Assembly: GCA_964016885.1 (NCBI GenBank)
Contig: OZ024741.1
Coordinates: forward strand, 374,852,001 to 374,916,000
DNA from: Eledone cirrhosa
Taxonomy: Eukaryota
Direction: 5' to 3'
DNA length: 64,000 nt
Part shown: piece after piece, positions 54,846-64,000 of the stretch
Layout: each line of letters begins with the position of its first letter
Numbering within the stretch: position 1 is the stretch's first letter
Notes under the pieces: model-generated
The model's database searches: none
What the model was told of the DNA's origin: nothing
What the model saw: only the letters and a program-made list of their open reading frames with translations
Position numbers and translations under genes: made by a program

Positions 54846-56215
54846 GTTCTTCTGGTTTTATAATTTCACAAAGTTTTACCAATAGAGAGAGAGTCGGTTT
54901 CTAACATAGACACAAGACTCTCTCATTGGAATTTACACAACATCAACTAGGTAGATATGTATGCATGGTTGCATGCATGCATGTGTAGATATGGATGTTA
55001 TTGTATGTGTGGATGTATATATTTTGAGTTATATGTGTGCATGTGTATATGCTTTGTATCTGTGCATGTGTATATGCAGTTATTAGATGCAGAATTTTTG
55101 GAATATTTTACATATTTTTACTGTTCCATTAATGGATTGTACTTGTAATTTCCTAACCAGGTGTGTTCTTACTGTTTCTGTGAAGCCTAGCTTCTCAAGA
55201 TATGTACTGAGACAGTTACTAACATACCCAAGTGCCCCAATAATCACATGTATAAATCTGAAGGTATAGTCAGGGTGGAGTATCTGTAGATTTCTTCGAT
55301 ATTATATTGGTATCTGCTGGGCAGCTAACCTCCACCACTGTGCATGCCTTCTTTTCCCTGTCTCATATCATTATATCTGGTCTGTTATGCCTGCATTTTA
55401 TTGGGCTTTTTACTGGAACATTCCACATATTATGTATGTATATATGCATATTCTTCTGGTTTCATTATTTTATAAATTTGCACCAATAGAGTGAGAGTTG
55501 GTTTCTTAAATAGAAACAAGACTCTTTCATTGGAATTTAGACAACATCAACTTGGTAAATACGTATGTATGTCTGTATATTTTTGTGTGTGTGTGCAGAT
55601 ATGGGTGTTATTGCATTTGTGAATCTGAATCTTTTGAGCTATATGTGTACACGCACGCACACGCACATAAGTATATGCAGTTATTATATCCTGAATTTCT
55701 GAAATGTTTTACATATTTTTACAGTTCCATTAATGAGCTGTACTTGTAATTTCCTAACTAGACCGGTCCTTCCAGTTTCTGTAAAGCCTAGCTTTTCAAG
55801 ATATGTACTGAGGCAGTTGATAATATATCCCAGAACCCCAATTATCTCAGGTACAAATCTAAACGTATAGTTAGGGTGGAATATCTGCAGATTCCTCATT
55901 AGTTCAGCATAAATGTTATCCTTTTCGCTAATCTTTAGCATTTTATTGACATTTACCGAGCAGCCGATTTCCACTATTGTGCACGCCTTCTTTCCTCTTC
56001 CCATATCACTATGTCTTGTCTGTTATGTTTGTATTTTGTTTGTATTTTGTTGGGGTTTTGACTGGAACATTCCACAAGTGCTCTTTCATATTATGTATAC
56101 ATATATCCTCCACATCACTGGAACTTTTTATTCTCAAGTCTATATTTTCTACGGATTGCATTGTACAGTGTTTTGGTAATTACATCATGCCTCGGAGGCA
56201 GATAATACCGTCTAT
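54846..56215 (-). mobile_element. Two tandem R4/Dong-type 3' fragments (54846-55430 and 55451-56215)
   Basis: CTIVEIGCSVNVN..ISEKDNIYAELMRNLQIFHPNYTFRFVPEIIGVLG..GTVKICKTFQKF; 3' ends run into CATA-type repeats. Confidence 0.87.
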
Positions 56216-56288
56216 ATCTTTGAATACATATATATATTAAGAAGTGCGCTAAGCAGCCGAAGTGTACGATAATGTTATATCTATGTGT

Positions 56289-56380
<92 letters not shown>

Positions 56381-56517
56381 CACCATCATCATCATCGTTT
56401 AACGTCCATCTTCCATGCTAACATGGGTATACATATATATATATATATATATATATTAGAAAGTGAGTTTTTTTTTACAAAATGAAAAATAACCGAGGTG
56501 TCCTACACGAGTGAAAG

Positions 56518-56818
56518 TATAAAGAAAAAGAGATGAAATAGAAAATGCAACTGGAGTCTTATTTTTTTTAAAAATATATATATTTATTTGGTTCCTTTAC
56601 CGGTTTCGCAGTTCTTCTGCTTTTCAAAAGGTGAGTTGAGATGGAGGGTCTGTGGTTTTTCTCAAGAGATGTGAGAAAAACCACAGACCCTCCATCTCAA
56701 CTCACCTTTTGAAAAGCAGAAGAACTGCGAAACCGGTAAAGGAACCAAATAAATATATATATTTAAAAAAAAAATAAGACTCCTGTTGCATTTTTGATTT
56801 CATCTCTTTTTCTTTATA
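56518..56818. repeat. ~300-bp near-perfect fold-back palindrome ending in (TA)n
   Basis: Arms 56518-56664 and 56671-56818, with a short loop AGAGATG. Confidence 0.93.
56705..56742 (+). ncRNA. Minimal hammerhead, U3:A8 variant (antisense twin at 56594-56631; degenerate relative ~60612-60650 on minus)
   Basis: CCTT-TTGAAAA-GCAG AAGAA CTGC-GAAA-CCGG-TA-AAGG; stems I and II perfect, stem III palindromic. Confidence 0.85.
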
Positions 56819-56880
56819 TATATATATATATATATATTTTAGTAAGTAAGTTAATTTTTATAATTTTCTTATTTTACGTC

Positions 56881-56918
<38 letters not shown>

Positions 56919-58286
56919 TCTGGCAACTTAAGCTAGATAACGTTAGATATTCGACGGCTTGGAATATAGTCTCAAGAGGGATTCCTTTTAATTCATCCTC
57001 TGAGACATGTGACCTCTGCGCAGAGGAGATATTCTTTATACTAAAATCTAAAAATTCCCTTAACGTACGGACAAATTTATTCAGTTGTTGCAAACATAGA
57101 TTAAACTCAACGTTTAAATATAAATTTAAATTTAAAATGTAGTATATTTAGTTTGATTTATATTTATATGAGAACTAGCCGATAAATTTTTTGATTCCTA
57201 AATCTTTGATTCCCTCTTTTTACTCTTTTTTTATTGTTTATTTTTATTTTATTTATTTTTATTTTTATCTAAACATTCCTCATGAAAAATTAAGCTACCC
57301 TAAAAGCCGATGCTCCAAAAATTTTTTGAATTAACCTTACACTAGATAAACTTCTATATTAAATATAAGAACATATGTAGACATAATTGGACATCATAAT
57401 CTTTTTGAAATGTTCGTTGCTAGATGTGATTTGATAGATAATTTTTGGCTTTGTCTTGTAATGAACTTGGCAATATATTGTCAATTAACTTTGAAGGGTT
57501 GTTCTTTGTGGTTTATTTTTATTTTTATTTTATTTTTATTTTTATTTTTTTAGTATTGTAGTATTCTATAATATTTTTTTTAGTATTGTAGTATTCTATA
57601 ATATTTTTATTTTTTATTTTCATTTTTATTTTCATTTTTAATATTTTTACTATCTTTAATATGTAAATTTTTAATACGTAATATTTTTTAATACGTAGTA
57701 TTTTTAGTATGCAATATTTTTATTATGTAATATTCTTTCGTAATATTTTTTTAGTTTAATATTATTTTTTTTTTAATATTTAATAATAATAATAATAATA
57801 TTTTTATATTTTTTATTTTTTTAGTTTTCTATTCTATATTTTTACTTATTATTATTATTATTGTTATCTTTTTATTTTTAGTTTTGTTTATAATATAATA
57901 TATATTTTTATTAGTATATTGAAATCTGCTCTCTATTTCTGCTTGATAGATAATCTTGTAGAGTAATCGATACGCTCAAATTTTTATACCACATTGAGAA
58001 TGTTTTCCGGTAACCTAGAGTTTGCAGAGTGAATCAGTTGGATTCACATGGATGTTTGTAGCTGTCACATAAACATATGAATTTTATAAAACTAAACATA
58101 AGATAATGAATTTTCACACATTGTGGATACTTGTTTCATTCAGGAATACTGATATTTACAATGTAGTGTAAGTTTTATAAATACTAATACATTAAAACAT
58201 AGGGTTTTCTACGCCTCGAATATGTCTGGCTATTTTTAAATTTTTTTCTCTCTCTCTATATATCTCCCTTACATTAATACTTGAGC

Positions 58287-58321
<35 letters not shown>

Positions 58322-58682
58322 ATGTATCATTGATACACTTACTCAAAATGACCTCCCACTACCTAATTTTCTATATATATATATATGTATCTATCTCTAT
58401 TTCCTCTCTCTCTCTCTCTATATATATATCTCTTTCTGTTTCTTTACATGAAGCTCTTCGCTTTATCTATTTTTCCATCTCTCTATTTTGTTCCATGCAT
58501 TTCTGCATTTCTTCTTTTTCTTTTTCTTCTTTTTCTTCCTTTTCTTCGTTTTGTCTTTCTTTCTTTTTCTCTTTCTTTCTCTCTGTATAAAATTTTCACT
58601 GCTAGCGTAAACCTCTTCAAATGAAGTCGATGTTTATTACGGTATGTCGAATATATTTATCTATAAAACTGTTTATATTGTA

Positions 58683-58744
58683 TTTTGTCTGATGAAGGCA
58701 TAGCATATTGTTAATATGATATCCCCGAAATATATATAATGAAA
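58683..58744 (+). ncRNA. Type-I hammerhead motif (family of 32490)
   Basis: TTTTGT-CTGATGA-AGGCATA..TATCCCC-GAAA-TATATA-TA-ATGAAA; terminus runs into (TA)n at ~58788. Confidence 0.6.
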
Positions 58745-58784
58745 TAAATATGGTTTTATAAATATAGTTTTCCATTTATTTAAT

Positions 58785-58834
<50 letters not shown>

Positions 58835-58927
58835 TATATTTATATTGTTATACCAATGTATAACAATATCTGTTTCAACACACGTTTTCAGATAAGAAAT
58901 CTCGCAAAGCAAATTCAAAAACGAATT

Positions 58928-59039
<112 letters not shown>

Positions 59040-59740
59040 GTTTAGATGAGATGATAACACAACCGTATAAAGCAAAGAATAATTCAAAGCTCAAATGTGA
59101 TTTTATAGTCCACAGCAAAATAGGTGAAAGACAGTTCAGAGTTTAACCCACCTGGTAAATTTCCAATGACAGTAGTTTTACAATATCACAGAGCATATAT
59201 AAAATAAATAAACAAACCAGGATTAAATAACAGTAAATGATTTAATTTATTTATGAATGTTTCAATCAATACAGTAAGAACATACAATTCTTCTCTATTA
59301 ATTTCTTCAGAATCTATGAAACAACATAATATAATTACTTGCCAAGCAAATGTCTGCAACATCTCCATTCCGAAAACGGAACAAACAAATTTTAAATATA
59401 GTTGGGAAAACATTAAAATGTTATTGCGGCAACATTAGGATGTCTTAGTTTGTCTACATCAAACCTGTTACGTATGGCTCCCTTTTCACGGATCTTTTTC
59501 AATTTAAGCTTTTGTATTATCAGAAACAAATCATAACCACTGTTGACATCTACACCAGGGAAAGTTCAAGTCCTGTCTTATTGATACTGGACTTGAACTT
59601 TTGAGGAGTGAGGATGAAGTCAATTTGGGTGTACGATAAATCTGTGTGTCTCTCTCTCTATATATCATCATTATCATCATCATCATCATTGTATAACGCC
59701 CATCTTCAACGCTAGCATGGGTATATATATATATATATAT

Positions 59741-60420
59741 TTATTAAAATAATAGATTAAAGTTTAAGCAAAGAATCGCTGCTTTCACCCTTAACGGGAT
59801 CTTCTGAAACTAAAAAGTCAATCTGTGAACGTAGAAGTAAATATTTCAAAAAACGTTGCAACCGAAGGAAGACAGGAAGACAATACCTTGGTTCGTGGAA
59901 ACGTTCCCTGGCAAAGAACGGAAAAAATGAAGCTAATACGTCATTATTTGGTGCGGTGAAAACAATTACACGCAAAGACAAAACCATGTTTATGGTATAA
60001 ATGAAGTCGTAAACTAATATTCTATTAGGTGGTTCATGGAGACGTTCTCTGGCAATGAACGGAAAAAACGAAGATAATACGTCATTATGTGGAGCAATGA
60101 GAACAATTACACGCAAAGACAAAACCATGTAAATGGTATAACTGAAGTCGTAGACTAAAATTCTATTTAGGAAACCGAATGATTCTCGGCTTCAGAGTTA
60201 AGAATAAAGTAAATAAAATACAGAGTCAATTGACATACACGCATCCATATACGTACAATCGCAAGCGTACGCGAAAACACTCGCCATGGGTATGCAAATA
60301 CAAGAACGTACAAAAAAAAAAAAATCAAGCACGCACATACAGAACCCACGCAACGCCTGTACCCGCACACATACAGAACCCACGCAACGCCTGTACCCGC
60401 ACACATACGAACGTATACAC
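59741..60420 (-). mobile_element. 3' UTR/pLTR fragment of the PLE family at 1-2486
   Basis: Collinear with ~1900-2486, including the ~140-bp tandem repeat and terminal hammerhead; ends at (TA)n. Confidence 0.9.
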
Positions 60421-61029
60421 CAAATACACATAAAAATATATATATATAAAAACACATATACACATACATGTGTGCAGTGACACACGAGTTGTGATATATT
60501 AGTAAAAAGGAAAAGAAAATGCTGACAAATTTTTCCCAGTGAAAAATAGTTTAATTAGGAATAAGTATAAATCAGTAATAAGTATTAGTTAGTATTCAGT
60601 TTTAGTTTTAAGTTTTTACCGGTTGCGCATTTCTTATGCTTTTCAAAAATAATTTTGAGATAGAGTGCTCGTGATTTTTGCTCTAATCTGATCAGTTTTG
60701 GAAATTCTTCCTGTTTTATGTGAAAAAAGTGGCTCCAGAGGTATTAAGATTTGGTTGGTTGTTGAATGTCACGTGATTAAGCACTATAAATTTCGCGCCA
60801 ATTCGTGTTGCAAAAATTCTTGTAGTCAAAACAATTTTGATTGGTCGGTAGAATTCATATTAACTTAAAGTTATCAGCTTCCTCATATTTTTGACTGAAA
60901 AATAATCAAACAAATTGGGTATATGAGCCCCGGAGAAGGGACAGCGTTGCCGGTGGGATGTGAACTCAATATATATTTTGATTTGTATATATGTATGTCT
61001 ATATACTATGTCCATATATGTGAGTTACA

Positions 61030-61142
<113 letters not shown>

Positions 61143-61201
61143 ACGGACACTCACACACATACACATATATATAGTGTGTGTGTTTACATACATACACACA
61201 C

Positions 61202-61267
<66 letters not shown>

Positions 61268-61273
61268 ATATAT

Positions 61274-61383
<110 letters not shown>

Positions 61384-61805
61384 GTATATATATACATATA
61401 TATATACACACATATATATATATATATAATATAGTACATACAAGTCTACCGACATACAAGCTTGGAAGTGGCAGACACGTCTTCCATGTCTGCACTACAT
61501 ACTAAAATATAAACAAATCTGATACTGTCTTCTCATTCTGACTTCATTATATATTCACAGGTCCGTATTGACATGTCGTGTTCAAGCCTAGACAAGATCT
61601 TGAAGGTGGCTGTCACCCTATGAAGAAAAAAGTCACAGAGGTGAGAGATAAACCAACAGTAAACGCTTGACATTTTCCAACAGAGTTGAAATTAATTCCA
61701 ATAGAAAATTTATTTACACAGACAGTCTGAAGAGAGGTGTTATTCAGTTGAGCATTTTCTTTGTTATGTGCATGTATGTGTGAGTGCTGTTGGGTTTCAT
61801 ATTTG

Positions 61806-61860
<55 letters not shown>

Positions 61861-61939
61861 CTCTGCCCCTCTTTCTATATATATAGTGTACGTGCGTGTA
61901 TATTCGTAAATGTACGTGTTGCGTAATATATAGGCGTTT

Positions 61940-62430
<491 letters not shown>

Positions 62431-62539
62431 GACTTCTAACATTAAAGTCTTTTTATCAATTGACAATACACAGCACAAATCCTACGACACGAGACTTAAA
62501 AGGAATTATTGTTTTCAGCCTTTCTAAGCAGCTAAAACA

Positions 62540-63450
62540 TAAATTATTTAGTCAACATGTTTGTCAATAGACACGTTGGCGTACTTCCTCTTCGTATCCC
62601 TAGACTGTTTGGACGCATTTCATTTATTATATTTTCTAGATATCTTCATTTGTCTGTGGCCGCTGAATTTTCTGTAATCAATTGCCTGTGAACTTGATGT
62701 ATGTGTAGGGTTCCCGACAAACCTTGTATAGATTGCCTTTTCTGCCTTTAGGAGATCCTGGATGTAGATAGGAAGCGGAGAACACTTTAATTTCGTTGAC
62801 AAACATTTATGAATACCGGTCATATTTTCTGTGCCATCAAAACATTAGTCAACTATTTCGTAAGGTTTTAACTCCATCTTCCTAAGTACATTTAACCGTC
62901 TTATAGAAAACACCACCTTTAATAGAAAGTGTTGTAGGAGATCTGTTGAAAGGCTTTCTGATTTCTCCTTAAGAGATAAATTTAAAGCATATTGTAACAC
63001 ATTAAACCCTGCTGACGTCCGACGTCTCATCAAAGGCAACGGAATATTTTGAATACTTCTTCATACAATTTTCTATAAAACAGTCTCCAGCTTCATATTC
63101 AGAATGATCCTTTGAATGAAAGGTGAAAGCTCACTGCATTTATAAAGCTAACTGACTTATTAGTTTTTCTTCTAGCCTAGGAATAACATTATATCGAAGA
63201 TGTAGAATTTCTTAGATCTTACCACCAGAAAATTTCGCAGAAATTACTGCGATTCTCAGCATGACTTCGTTGAACTCTGCTTTGTCGAGCAGTGAACAAC
63301 AGAATTTGCATAATAATTTTTAAGTACTCTCGATTTATGCCAATAGTTGACCTAACTCCGATGTTTTGTGATACCGTATGCTCGATGCTCGATAGTTTAT
63401 TCACTTCATCATGGTTTGTCGAAGACGACTTAATCTCCACAGACACGAGT
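62540..63450 (-). pseudogene. hAT-type (DUF4371/ZMYM1-like) transposase remnant
   Basis: NREYLKIIMQILLFTARQSRVQRSHAE..NFCE and FDETSDVSR (~63010-63036) resemble the RQ..RGH.E..NF and DET.D.S motifs; heavily decayed. Confidence 0.6.
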
Positions 63451-63823
63451 ACCCATAATATAAATCTCAGGGAGATTCAACGTCACGCAGTGTGACAAGG
63501 TTGGCCCTTTGAATTACTGGGCCTCAGTTTCCGTCCACCCAGTTTCACGTATTGTACTTACACCATTTAAACATTAATTGAATGAGCAGTCAATACGTGT
63601 AAGCAGAGTGCTAATTTTACAGGCAGGTTATAAATCATGTGTTTACTCTTTCTATATATATATCCTTCCGTATTCTGACAGGACACGAAAAACATGTCCA
63701 AACCAAGTTTAGCAATGGTAGCGCACAAGTAACTTTAACTGATTTAGTGTTTGTGAAAGGATAATGCCTTCTGAATCTTGGCTCGTCTTAATCCGCTCAG
63801 TTATCGTATACATACATGCGTAT

Positions 63824-63940
<117 letters not shown>

Positions 63941-64000
63941 TATATATATATATATATAGGAAAAAGTATGACCCCGACAGCAGAGCTCAAGCCGTTTCGA

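Noticed and set aside
56869-58250. Possible host exon or LINE remnant in the AT-rich block
   Set aside because: No recognisable protein motif or convincing splice structure; host exons elsewhere cannot be excluded without RNA data.
59757-60128. 123-aa ORF with a 47-aa internal repeat in the PLE 3' UTR
   Set aside because: The homologous copy at 2100-2475 has single-base indels in both units, so the frame is not conserved.

Overview
AT-rich, microsatellite-saturated eukaryotic DNA with no recognisable host gene. The two tRNA-headed SINE families resemble those I associate with octopod cephalopods, which is an inference only. Nearly all non-microsatellite sequence is transposable-element derived: (1) a head-to-tail stack of four Tx1-clade (L1-like) LINEs at 5067-16780 plus two more copies, every one preceded by (TATC)n and, where the 3' end survives, followed by it; (2) R4/Dong-type RLE LINEs and a ~600-bp non-coding element, both embedded in (TACA)n; (3) five Penelope-like element (PLE; RT + GIY-YIG) bodies and many orphan PLE-type termini that abut (TA)n, carry type-I hammerhead ribozyme (HHR) motifs of at least eight sequence families (including U3:A8, A4 and very-long-stem-II variants) and often occur as fold-back palindromes; (4) RTE, HERO/NeSL, mariner and hAT remnants. 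The main candidate novel system is microsatellite-specific retroelement targeting: a GATA/TATC-specific Tx1 lineage, TACA-associated R4/Dong elements with a non-autonomous partner, and TA-associated ribozyme-bearing PLE termini. All coordinates, alignments and folds were read by eye; boundaries are approximate and no database search was run.
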